Source: Macrostomum hystrix
Lineage: Eukaryota; Animalia; Platyhelminthes
DNA: 64,000 nucleotides
NCBI GenBank assembly: GCA_950097015.1
Contig: CATNEN010000026.1
Span: 930,001 to 994,000 of the forward strand
Direction of reading: 5' to 3'
Part shown: one piece after another, positions 1 through 11,404 of the stretch
Numbering within the stretch: the stretch's first letter is position 1
Layout of the letters: every line of letters starts with the position of its first letter
Position numbers and translations under genes: made by a program
The notes under the pieces: generated by a model
The model's input: the letters and a program-made list of their open reading frames with translations, nothing else
Told to the model about the DNA's origin: nothing
Databases searched by the model: none

Positions 1-150
1 TGTTGGATTGACTGATGATCGATTGGCTGATGTTCGATTGACTGATGTTCGATTGACTGATGATCGATTGGCTGAAGATCGATTGACTGATGATCGATTG
101 GCTGAAAATCGATTAACTGACTATTGGTTGACTGATGATCAATTAACCGA
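1..150. repeat. Degenerate ~15-bp tandem repeat (GATTGACTGATGATC-like), truncated by window start
   Basis: Unit gattg(a/g)ctgatg(a/t)tc repeated about 9 times. Confidence 0.85.
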
Positions 151-235
151 GATTTCACATTCCTTGATGACAAATTAACATGACTATTTGATAACGCCCG
201 ATTATATCGATGATTTAGTTAGAAACAATGATAGA

Positions 236-341
236 TTGTATGGTATGTGGCTGAGTGGAATAATGGCCGAATCACGAGTGCGCTATGCGCTATTCGCACT
301 CGTGATTCGGCCATTATTCCACTCAGCCACATACCATACAA
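236..341. repeat. Perfect 47-bp inverted repeat with 12-nt loop
   Basis: Arm 236-282 is the exact reverse complement of 295-341; loop ctatgcgctatt. Explains the mirror ORFs at 188-516. Confidence 0.95.
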
Positions 342-346
342 GTGCA

Positions 347-791
347 TTGTATGTACACTTTCACTCAGCGCGCAGTCATTATTCCACACTTTTGCGGCCA
401 TTTTTCCACACTTTTCAAGTGCCATTAATCCAGACTTTGCTCTTGACCATAGACTAAACGTTGCTATTATTATTTCGGTCTGCAGAGGACGGACGGTTTT
501 TGCCATAGACTACTAGCCGTGAGGCCCCGATTCAGTTGGATTCAATTTCTTGCTCGTAGGTTCTACTAGCTCGAAAAATGCAATAATATAAATTATATCG
601 TTTCAGTTATATTTTCATCTATGGTTTATTAGTTAAAATCAAGGACAACTTAATAACTCCTTGTCTTAAGTTATTAAGTTGTCCTTGGTTAAAATATACT
701 GATGGACTCTTTTGTCTATGGAAAGTTCCAAAAGTGTGGAATAATGGCCTAAATGAAATTTCATTGCGTCTGAGGGAAAGTATACATACAA
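347..791. mobile_element. MITE-like non-autonomous element with imperfect TIRs and internal hairpin
   Basis: 377-394 is the exact reverse complement of 729-746; 347-368 imperfectly pairs with 770-791; internal 19-bp IR 640-658/669-687; CCATAGAC/GTCTATGG motifs at 447, 503, 714. Confidence 0.55.
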
Positions 792-1128
792 TTTTTAAGC
801 AGGGCTATTTTTCAATCACAGGGAGCTAATTTTACGCAAAATTAAACGTGACATCTACTAGGATATCGATGCATATTTATATATTAAACAACTGAGCCTT
901 GTTGAACTGATTGCCAATGCGGGCGGGTACAAGCGGATTGCGTTTCCAACAACAATTTTATGTTGCATCCACATTCCCTTATTGGGTACCTTTTATATAT
1001 CAGTTCGTCTTTTTTTTTTGTCTGTTATCCAATATCTAGCTTTGATACACGTCATCATGTTTTCTCCATTTTTTACCGTGTCGCTTTCCCAATGAACTTC
1101 TCGCCCACTCTAAATCTCTCCATCTACT

Positions 1129-2502
1129 GTGACTCTCCCTCACCCACTCTCCCTCTCCCACTCTCCCTCTCCCACTCTCCCTCTCCCACTCTCCCTCTCC
1201 CACTCTCCCTCTCCCACTCTCCCTCACCCAGTCTCCCTCTCCTACTCTCCCTCTCCCACTCTCCCTCTCCCACTCCCACTCTCCCTCTCCCACTCTCCCT
1301 CTCCCACTCTCCCTCTCCCACTCTCCCTCTCCCACTCTCCCTCTCCCACTCTCCCTCTCCCACTCTCCCTCTCCCACTCTCCCTCTCCCACTCTCCCTCT
1401 CCCACTCTCCCTCTCCCACTCTCCCTCTCCCACTCTCCCTCTCCCACTCTCCCTCTCCCACTCTCCCTCTCCCACTCTCCCTCACCCAGTCTCCCTCTCC
1501 CACTCTCCCTCTCCCACTCTCCCTCTCCCACTCTCCCTCTCCCACTCTCCCTCTCCCACTCTCCCTCACCCACTCTCCCTCACCCAGTCTCCCTCTCCCA
1601 CTCTCCCTCTCCCACTCTCCCTCTCCCACTCTCCCTCACCCAGTCTCCCTCTCCTACTCTCCCTCTCCCACTCTCCCTCTCCCACTCCCACTCTCCCTCT
1701 CCCACTCTCCCTCTCCCACTCTCCCTCTCTCCCACTCTCCCTCTCCCACTCTCCCTCTCCCACTCTCCCTCTCCCACTCTCCCTCTCCCACTCTCCCTCT
1801 CCCACTCTCCCTCTCCCACTCTCCCTCACCCACTCTCCCTCACCCAGTCTCCCTCTCCCACTCTCCCTCTCCCACTCTCCCTCTCCCACTCTCCCTCACC
1901 CAGTCTCCCTCTCCTACTCTCCCTCTCCCACTCTCCCTCTCCCACTCCCACTCTCCCTCTCCCACTCTCCCTCTCCCACTCTCCCTCTCCCACTCTCCCT
2001 CTCCCACTCTCCCTCTCCCACTCTCCCTCTCCCACTCTCCCTCTCCCACTCTCCCTCTCCCACTCTCCCTCTCCCACTCTCCCTCTCCCACTCTCCCTCT
2101 CCCACTCTCCCTTTCCCACTCTCCCTCACCCACTCTCCCTCTCCCACTCTCCCTCTCTCCCACTCTCCCTCTCCCACTCTCCCTCTCCCACTCTCCCTTT
2201 CCCACTCTCCCTCACCCACTCTCCCTCTCCCACTCTCCCTTTCCCACTCTCCCTCACCCACTCTCCCTCTCCCACTCTCCCTCTCCCACTCTCCCTCTCC
2301 CACTCTCCCTCTCCCACTCTCCCTCTCCCACTCTCCCTCTCCCACTCTCCCTCTCCCACTCTCCCTCTCCCACTCTCCCTCACCCACTCTCCCTCTCCCA
2401 CTCTCCCTCTCCCACTCTCCCTCTCCCACTCTCCCTCTCCCACTCTCCCTTTCCCACTCTCCCTCACCCACTCTCCCTCTCCCACTCTCCCTCTCCCACT
2501 CT
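1129..2502. repeat. 14-bp pyrimidine-rich minisatellite (CACTCTCCCTCTCC)n, about 98 units
   Basis: Direct reading; source of the PSPTLPL/GEGEWERES pseudo-ORFs. Confidence 0.97.
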
Positions 2503-3471
2503 AACTCCCTTACCTCGGAAATTTGATGCGTCGTATATAGGATGCACACTACTGCAAGTAAGAAGTTTCGCAAAAGTGGTACAAATTTTTGTGTGCTCTT
2601 GCCAAATTATGAGCGTATGCTACACATTTTAGTTAATTTAACAGTCTAATTGCTATGGCTAGTAAAGTCGTTATATGTGCTCGTTTCTATTCGTAATAAA
2701 AAGAAGTACGATCTCGTACTGTTAAGCCTACATTAGGCTAACCCATTTGGTTCACATGTACACCAGCTATTGCCTGGCGCTTCCAAACGCTGAGTACAGT
2801 CCATGGACTGGGAGGGGGCCACCACAAGGGGGGCTTCCCTTATCGAGGAATATGTGAAGGCCATGTTTTCAGTTTCGCTAATAGTTTAATGGCTGTTAAA
2901 TGGTTGCTCTGTGTAGCTTCTGCGTGAGTGCGTGTGTGCTTGGCTTGTGTTTCAAAGAATGCCGCCACTAAGCCCTACGCTGTCATGTGAGCTCAGGGTC
3001 CCACCCACCCGGGTCTATCAATCACTCGAAATTATTGGACTCAACTGCGGAGACTTCTTTGACTGGTCATTGAGTTCCGACGCCATACAAAACTAGGACG
3101 GGCAATGAGTGAGCACAGTGGCGTGAGTTTCGAAGCCAATTTCCAGGGTTGGCTGGTCTGATGGCGGCTTCCACAATTTGACATCTGTCACTGCTAGAGA
3201 GAGGGGGCCCTCTCTCCCATTTGATTGATAGGTTGCTTGCTGATTTGAGCGGAGCAGTGGCTGGCAATCGTTTGTGTGAGCTGAGTAAGTCCTGACAGGC
3301 CGCAAATGAAAACTATTCTTCGCTGCTTTTTTATTGCCCGTTTTTATCGAGTGGTCGACCAACATAAGTACATTGCTGAGCAATGAGCTTAAATGAACTT
3401 GCTTAAGTAGTAACAGCAGTAGTAGTAATACTAATAATATAATAATAATACCACATTATTTTGTGACACTA

Positions 3472-3714
3472 TAGACCCGCAGCCAGCGAGGAGGCAATTC
3501 TGCCCATTTCGCTGACTCCTAAGCACACACGCGTGCAGATCCTGTACGCAGGTATACGCTCAAACAGGTGTGTACATCTGCTTTGACTTCCTCATCGTCA
3601 GGCAGTGTACACTCTCACTGTGCCTTGGAGGTTGGCCCTCACGGCTCCGCCGCGGAATCGAACTCAGGGACCTTGGGGCGAGAGGCAAACGCGTTAACCG
3701 CTCTGCCACTCACC
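3472..3714 (-). mobile_element. SINE family A copy (tRNA-like head)
   Basis: Reverse complement starts GTGGCAGAGCGGTTAACGCG (A-box-like) and contains GAGTTCGATTCC (B-box); body ccaacctccaaggcacagtgagagtgtacactgcctgacga and tail gcagaattgcctcctcgctggctgcgggtc shared with other copies. Confidence 0.8.
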
Positions 3715-4189
3715 TAACAGCAGTAGCAGTAGCAGTAGTAATGGTCTTTGTAGCCTTTGAGTCTAATTTATTTACAAATTTACCGTGCCGAATAGTTTAT
3801 CTGCGTGTTCATTTATTTTGAATGGTCTACAAAAAAGTCGGTTCAAAGTTCGTTTCGTCGCTTTTCGTACAAAATATTTTATCGCAAGTGGCAAATAATC
3901 GACTCAGAAAGTCATAAATCATTGACAATGAGCAGAGGTCCGAGGGGGGGCTCAGTTGATAAGTGAGCCAGCGATTAGGAAACCAATTTTACGAGGGTTG
4001 CTTTGGGACGGCTTGGGGCAGCCAGATGGGATGCCTAATAAAAAACACTTGACTCACTGATGGAGTTTCGATACAACCTAGGCCATCTAAAGTAAAGTCA
4101 TCCATGCTTTCCCCAACTGTGAAAATAACAGAAAAAGAAGACTGGACAGAAAAATATATCTAGACGGAGAGGTAGACAGAAGAGAGTGT

Positions 4190-4690
4190 GGTAGAGAAGG
4201 AGAGAGAGGTAGAGAAGGAGAGAGAGGTAGAGAAGGAGAGAGAGGTAGAGAAGGAGAGAGAGGTAGAGAAGGAGAGAGAGGTAGAGAAGGAGAGAGAGGT
4301 AGAGAAGGAGAGAGAGGTAGAGAAGGAGAGAGAGGTAGAGAAGGAGAGAGGTAGAGAAGGAGAGAGAGGTAGAGAAGGAGAGAGAGGTAGAGAAGGAGAG
4401 AGAGGTAGAGAAGGAGAGAGAGGTAGAGAAGGAGAGAGAGGTAGAGAAGGAGAGAGAGGTAGAGAAGGAGAGAGAGGTAGAGAAGGAGAGAGAGGTAGAG
4501 AAGGAGAGAGAGGTAGAGAAGGAGAGAGAGGTAGAGAAGGAGAGAGAGGTAGAGAAGGAGAGAGAGGTAGAGAAGGAGAGAGAGGTAGAGAAGGAGAGAG
4601 AGGTAGAGAAGGAGAGAGAGGTAGAGAAGGAGAGAGAGGTAGAGAAGGAGAGAGAGGTAGAGAAGGAGAGAGAGGTTGAGAAGGAGAGAG
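4190..4690. repeat. 18-bp purine-rich minisatellite (GGTAGAGAAGGAGAGAGA)n, about 28 units
   Basis: Direct reading. Confidence 0.97.
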
Positions 4691-5211
4691 TTAGCATTTA
4701 CTGATAGAAAATTGAAAACAAAATGCTCGTGGAGTCACTTTGTGCAACAACTTCAATAAGACTTTGCTTTTCTTATTTCACCTGTCTCTCTCTCTTGAAC
4801 CAAAAAGCAGCTTCGCAAAAAAGCTAAACTTCGTAAGATTCTAACCCTCGAATAACTCAACTCGGCGAGTTGGGGAGGACCTAGAAGGGTTATGATTTAC
4901 ATCGCTGGTTGCAGTGCGAATAGGGCCGCCTTGGGACCCGGCGAGCGGAGGAGAGGCGGGCTGTCCGTGCCGCAATCTGTTTCAAAGAATTCTCGACGGC
5001 CAAAATATATGCTCGGCGCGCGTGACAGTTTGCGACAGGCCCGCGGCGTGTCGAAAATATGCATTCCAGTTTTTTTCGGCTCGACCTTCGCCACGCCAAG
5101 ACGACTGCTCATAAATAACTGGTCAGAATTTATATAAACTGGTAACTAGGAAACCGTGTCCTGGCTCACTGTCTTGGAGCATTGAGCACGAAATTGTGCG
5201 GTCGAAGGACT

Positions 5212-5540
5212 CTGATGGGATCAGCAATCCATCAGAACTCTGTGTCAGTGGGATCAGATCCAACAGAACTCTGTGTCAGTGGGATCAGATCCGACAGAAC
5301 TCTGTCAGTGGGATCAGATCCGTCAGGTGTCAGTGGGATCAGATCCGTCAGGTGTCACTGGGATCAGATCCGTCAGGTGTCACTGGGATCAGATCCGTCA
5401 GAACTCTGTGTCAGTGGGATCAGATCCGTCAGAACTCTGTGTCAGTGGGATCAGATCCGACAGAACTCTGTGTCAGTGGGATCAGATCCGTCAGGTGTCA
5501 GTGGGATCCAATCCGGTGTCAGTGGGATCCGATCTGTCAG
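5212..5540. repeat. 25/31-bp composite minisatellite (CAGTGGGATCAGATCCGTCAG...)
   Basis: Shared core gtcagtgggatcagatcc with two linker variants (gtgt, aactctgtgt). Confidence 0.9.
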
Positions 5541-6747
5541 AGTACATTTCATCCAAAGCTTCGTTCCGTGAATCGCATATTGAATCAATTTTGAACTCTA
5601 AACACTGCGTAACATTCTAGAGTATTCTCACTTTTTGCTATACCTATCTATCGACTTTCCTATGAAATTCATTAACCTATACCAATCTCTTCTTAAAGCT
5701 CCTGAGAATGCGGCCTGTTTTTACCCGTCCACACAGGAGGACCGGTTATTGCTTGCGCTATCACAGAATAATATAGAGGCCGCAGACTTATATGCCGCCC
5801 ACCTGAAAGAATAGGCGGTGGATGATGACAGGCGAATCGCCATCCATCCGCACGCGGGCAAGCCATTCCTAAGGTAGAATGATGAAGACGGCTGCTGCGC
5901 AGCAGCTAATCTGGCAGCGGCCACAAGAGAAAGTGGGTGCTGCATGGGACAGCATTGCAGGCCTGGCGAAAGAATGCCGCGGATACAGCATAAACCTTTC
6001 TGCACCCGCCATTCTAAAGCTCCCCGACCTCCAGGCCTCTGAAAGTCGTATATAATCGCGCTGGGTGGTGGGTAAGACGATCGAGCGGTTCTCCTTCCCT
6101 TTTTACGTTACTTTTCTTTAAAAAATGCAGTTAGCTGTAAGGGGATAGGGTCAGTTGCAGCGGGCGCGCGCGCTTGTGTGTGTTTTGAGGGGTATACTTT
6201 TCTTGTCACTTTTATAATGACCATCAATCAAGTGGCTGCGCCTGTGTGTGGGCTTGGCGGCGGAAAGAGAGAATGAGAGAGAGAAAATAGCGGCATGGAG
6301 GAGTCTCACACAGTTTTACACCCATCATGCACAGACATAAATCAGGTTTCAGACTGACGAACGACACTGCCTCTGAGGGGAGGGCGCATTGGACAGAGGG
6401 GTGGCAGCCAGGCGGGGTGGCGACCCCGAAAATTTCTCTGTGATCTCGCCGCCAGCAGGCGCGCCCCATTGGCTGAACGGGCTGGGTGCCGGCGGGCCTC
6501 TAAGACTGAAGGGGAGCGCCCACCCCACCCTCCGCGCAGCCCCATCCATTCCACTCCCGACACACTTCATGCGGCGGAGGGGGGTGGCGGCCGGGCCATA
6601 AACTCAGCGGGGGCATACATTAATACCACGAGGCGCGCACCAGAGGGCGGCAAGGCAAAGAGTCGTTAAATTCAGAGAGAGCGAGCGATTCTCCGTTTCC
6701 AAAAGCCAAAAAGGCAAACTAAGTGGATCAGGACAAGCCCTGGCCTC

Positions 6748-6851
6748 TATAAATATATATATAACACAGCACAATACTCAAGCGACTTAACAGACTACTG
6801 CGAGCAGGTGTTCCTCCTTGAGTAAGACGATACTTACGATAGCACAAAGGT
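6748..6851 (+). promoter_or_regulatory. Putative teashirt core promoter and non-coding first exon
   Basis: TATAAA at 6748-6753 after a GC-rich region (about 5700-6700); strong donor AAAG|GTAAGT at 6849/6850; matching acceptor ttttatttccacgcacag| at 11390, 14 nt before the tsh ATG. The link between the two sites is inference. Confidence 0.5.
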
Positions 6852-7524
6852 AAGTCAGTTGTTAATTTTTTCAGCAGTTAACAACCTTTTCACTGAAATT
6901 TACTTTTTGTAAGGATTTTATTAAGGTGTCTTTAGGATACTAGACTTAGGTTGTCATAATACAAAAATTAAAAAATCGAAAAGAAGCGAGCGATCGATGC
7001 GCATGCTCTCGGCAGGATTAGGCAATACCTTCTAAAGGTAGCGCAGGTGCAAATAGTTGATGCAAATGCTGCTTACCACTGCACTTTCCCCAGCTATACA
7101 TAGTCTACTAGCTCCACTTTCTCTTCTCATTGCTTGAATTTCTGGGAGCGCCTAATACACCTGCTTCTCCCTTCTACCTTATACTTATCCATCATCTCGC
7201 CGGGGCCTAAGTACTGCGCGCATATGCAGTATTTGCTCTTGTCTGATAGCCCCCGAGTGCATGGCTGCAGATTGACAGTTTGCTGATTACATGTCACCGG
7301 CCTCTTTAAGGAGTATATATATACCATAGGCAAAGAGGAGAGCAGTAATAAGGAAGAAACCGGCTATAGCTATAGGCCTCACTGCGTGTGCTCAAGAGTC
7401 TTACCTGCATCGAGTTCTTTACGACTGACACTGAGGAATAAGCTTTGCTTTCCACGAGCTCCCTGTTTTCAATTGGTAAGGACCAATCTATATTTCCTGC
7501 TTCGAGTGTAGGCCATCGCTCGTA

Positions 7525-7872
7525 ACCACCCTGTCCTGCGGGGTGTCCTTAGTAACCACCCTGTCCTCCGGGGTGTCTTTAGTAACCACCCTGTCCTCCG
7601 GGGTGTCTTTAGTAACCACCCTGTCCTGCGGGGTGTCTTTAGTAACCACCCTGTCCTCCGGGGTGTCTTTAGTAACCACCCGGGGTGTCCTTAGTAACCA
7701 CCCTGTCCTGCGGGGTGTCTTTAGTAACCACCCTGTCCTCCAGGGTGTCTTTAGTAACCACCCGGGGTGTCCTTAGTGACCAACCTGTCCTCCGGGGTGT
7801 CTTTATTAACCACCCTGTCCTCCGGGGTGTCTTTAGTAACCAACCTGTCTTCCGGGGTGTCCTTAGTAACCC
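7525..7872. repeat. 30-bp minisatellite (GGGGTGTCTTTAGTAACCACCCTGTCCTCC)n
   Basis: Direct reading; unit contains GGGTG/CACCC inverted pair. Confidence 0.92.
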
Positions 7873-7934
7873 CGGAAAGGTGTCTTTTTAGTAGCAACCT
7901 AGTCTCAGTTCCTTGTAGTGTGGTCACAAACACT

Positions 7935-8203
7935 TTACCTCTCTTCCAGCCACTCTACCTCTCCTCCAACCACTCTACCTCTCTTCCAGAAACTCTACCT
8001 CTCCTCCAACCACTCTACCTCTCTTCCAGAAACTCTACCTCTCCTCCAACCACTCTACCTCTCTTCCAGAGAGTCTACCTCTCTTCCAACCACTCTACCT
8101 CTCTTCCAGAACTCTACCTCTCCTCTAACCACTCTACCTCTCTTCCAGAGAGTCTACCTCTCTTCCAACCACTCTACCTCTCTTCCAGTCACTCTACCTC
8201 TCT
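7935..8203. repeat. 20-bp minisatellite with alternating variants (CTCTACCTCTC(C/T)TCCA...)
   Basis: Direct reading. Confidence 0.9.
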
Positions 8204-8447
8204 CTGAACATTATCCTGCAGTGCATGTCGCATTGCCGCTCACCCAAACTTGCAGCTGCCTCGCGCTGTCAGCACCCCAACAATGCCTGCATAATTATAC
8301 GCATAAATTAAGTAAGTTTACAGCCAGATTTGGAACAGCACTGGCCGTATGATAAATGGTTGGTATGCCTTCGAACTGCGGCAGCAGCAACAGTCACCGC
8401 CATAGAACAGACTGCTGTGCGCAGGCGGCATTTTTGGGAGGGCGCCG

Positions 8448-10950
8448 CTTTGAAAATTTATAACTTTCTGCTTCTTTCAAGGAGAGAGTCCCTGCATGGT
8501 GCTGATGCGGTTGGCCAGACAGGCTGAAAGAGAACAGTAAAGGAAGGTGGGCCGGAGTCAAGAGAGGAGACGGCACGGATTTTGACTGACTGCAAATGAC
8601 ACGGCAAGGCAATAATAGATAGACATTATAATATATAGCTAAAAAGGCATAGCTGGTCATTGGGCATTAGGTGGCGGCGCTGCCTTTGTCAGAACTGAGC
8701 GGCCGGTTGTGAGGGGGGTAGAGAGAAGAGCAATAAAATTGTCTGAGAATGCCACGCCGCACTGGGTGCGGGCCCATGCATCAAAGCGGCGTTTACGACT
8801 GCGCGGCCTTTAGGGCGGCCCCAGCCTTTGATGCGACTCGTCTGCGCTGACAGATTGATGTCTTTCGAGGGCCAACTTACACAAGCCCGGCGCTTGGGGC
8901 GTGCGGGCTGGAGGGGCGTTAGGCTGGGCTGGGGGTGGGCAAAGTTTTGATTTACGGCCCAGAGCCCAAACAGAATCAGCGCTAGACCGCCCCACGCCCC
9001 TCATCTCTCCTAGGAGCTGCAGGAAAGCATTGAAAGAGAATTTAAAGGTGAGAGAGAACGCGATCCGTCTATTCTATGCAGTCTGGCCGGCTGTCTGTTG
9101 GCCATTTCTCCTAAATAACCCTACGGACTAAAACCAATGGCGTGGCAAAGAAAGGGCACAGTTTCCTATTGCGATTCTGCATTCAATGCCGCACTGCCAC
9201 TAACTACGGGGCCCACTTTCGTACATTTCTGGATTAGTTTAGTGCTCTGAAACTCTGCCAGGTGTTGGACCATAGAAACATCTGGGTAGATGGTACTGAA
9301 GGACCAGGGTAGAGGGAACTGAAGGACCAGGGGAGAGGGAACTGAAGGACCAGGGTAGAGGGAACTGAAGGACCAGGGGAGAGGGAACTGAAGGACCAGG
9401 GTAGATAGAACTGAAGGACCAGGGTAGAGGGAACTGAAGGACCAGGGTAGAGGGAACTGAAGGACCAGGGGAGAGGGAACTGAAGGACCAGGGTAGATAG
9501 AACTGAAGGACCAGGGTAGAGGGAACTGAAGGACCAGGGTAGAGGGAACTGAAGGACCAGGGTAGAGGGAACTGAAGGACCAGGGTAGAGGGAACTGAAG
9601 GACCAGGGTAGATAGAACTGAAGGACCAGGGTAGAGGGAACTGAAGGACCAGGGTAGAGGGAACTGAAGGACCAGGGTAGAGGGAACTGAAGGATCAGGG
9701 GGAGAGGGAATTGAAGGATCAAGGGAGAGGGAACTGACGGATCAGGGGGAGAGGGAACTGAAGGATCAGGGGGAGAGGGAACTGAAGGATCAGGGGCGAG
9801 GGAACTGAAGGATCAGGGGGAGAGGGAACTGAAGGATCAGGGGAGAGGGAACTGACGGATCAGGGGGAGAGGGAACTGAAGGATCAGGGGGAGAGGGAAC
9901 TGAAGGATCAGGGGCGAGGGAACTGAAGGATCAGGGGAGAGGGAACTGACGGATCAGGGGGAGAGGGAACTGAAGGATCAGGGGGAGAGGGAACTGAAGG
10001 ATCAGGGGCGAGGGAACTGAAGGATCAGGGGAGAGGGAACTGACGGATCAGGGGGAGAGGGAACTGAAGGATCAGGGGGAGAGGGAACTGAAGGATCAGG
10101 GGCGAGGGAACTGAAGGATCAGGGGAGAGGGAACTGAAGGATCTGGAGAGGCGGCTCCATTGCATCAGTTTTCTCCTATAATGCCCTACAAAACTATTTT
10201 TTACTGCAAATGATCCAAAATGAGTTTCAAAAATGGGAATGGGAAAATGTATCTGTAATTCAACAGTCATCAAAGTTAGTTTTATTAGCTTGCTGCTCGT
10301 TCGCATTTCCCATTTCTCTGTGTGACGCTTGGTCCCCCACCTCTTACTCTCCAGTTTCTAGGCTTTAAAGTTTCAAGTTCAAAGGGAAGCCGCCAATTCG
10401 TCCCCAATACAGTTAGTTGGCTTGCCAAATATTGCGCTTTGATGCTGAAAATGTGTCTTCAAATTCTATTGAATTTCTCTCGGGGGGCAATAATTGTATA
10501 GAGTTACTAAGCAATGCGAACTAAAGCTGTCCCCGAGCAAGGTCTTGCTTTTTACAATTCACTTTTTTCTTCTGGCAGCTCAATTACTATTATAGAATTG
10601 TGGGTTGACTCTAGCGGAGTCACTGGAAGCCTTTGTACGCTCGTAAGTTGCTTTGCTGGGGTAGCAGTCTATCGCTAGACGTTTTGTCATATTTATTATC
10701 GGCACAGCACGAGAGAGACAGACAACACGCAAAAAAGTTTAAATCTATACCGATAGCGAATTGATGCACCAGCCGCCCCATGTCCGCTACACAGTTTGAA
10801 ATTTATTGCCTTTATTATTTATAAAGCTTCGATAAGGTAGAGTGGAGCCGGCCAGTCACTTCACCTGTATATAGGTAGGAATATAGAGGCAGAGGCAGGT
10901 ATAAGCAATTACTGTGGACAGACAAAGACTATGAAATTCGGGCATCAAAG
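8448..10950. promoter_or_regulatory. Cluster of TCF/LEF sites (candidate Wnt-response enhancer) in the putative teashirt intron
   Basis: ATCAAAG/CTTTGAT at 8780, 8826, 10269, 10437, 10944; TTCAAAG/CTTTGAA at 8448, 10378; Helper-type GCCGCCA at 10389 and its reverse complement at 8672. Confidence 0.55.
9292..10143. repeat. 24-25-bp G-rich minisatellite (GGGAACTGAAGGA(C/T)CAGGG...)n
   Basis: Direct reading; unit type switches at about 9690. Confidence 0.95.
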
Positions 10951-11404
10951 AAAGTGGTATATTATGCGGCCACTCAGCTCTCCCCCTTCTGTCTGTCAGC
11001 TCAGCTGAGTCCTATACTCGACGAGTTTCGAAAGGAAATTTATTGCCCTTGGCCACATTGCACTTAGCCACGACTGCGTTTAATTATACGAAAACTTTTC
11101 CTTGACTATAGCGGCTCAAAAAAGACGCAAATTCGATACACCAATTGTGTGGCTCTAAATCTTTCACGTTCCGAATTTCTCGAAGCCGAGAAAAGGCGGA
11201 GGGGAGAAAAATGTGAAACGCAAACTTCCGAAGTGTTTCAACATTTGTTCCTCATTTCTCCCAGTTGGGAAGAAAACGGTCCAGCTAGTGTAGCGTCTAG
11301 GCCTTAAAAAATTCTGTCTTCTGATGTTTATTTAATTTATAGCGAAGCCCTCGATACTGCATCTAACCTGTATTTTATTTCCACGCACAGGCCTTCACAA
11401 CCAA

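Noticed and set aside
960-2573. Long ORFs (514, 465, 219 aa) with PSPTLPL/GEGEWERES repeats
   Set aside because: They are translations of a 14-bp array, open in several frames on both strands. The same applies to ORFs at 4098-4697, 5182-5620, 7488-8352, 9234-9722, 41045-41361, 50012-51123, 53680-54773 and 58792-59666
3475-3500. SINE A tail contains GCCTCCTCGCTGGC, identical to the P3-L3 of the genomic HDV ribozyme as I recall it
   Set aside because: The GG needed for P1.1 after P1 is absent, no C-N-A-A plus P2 3' strand is found, and the next bases pair with a downstream strand as a simple hairpin. A covariance-model search on the consensus would settle it
3570-3610. CTGACGA ... GAAA hammerhead-like words in SINE A
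   Set aside because: CTGAC pairs locally with GTCA(G) as a small stem; helices I-III cannot be built
3655-3714. tRNA-like sequences here and near 44535 and 55640-55705
   Set aside because: They have A/B boxes but no complete cloverleaf and continue into repeat bodies, so they are SINE heads rather than tRNA genes
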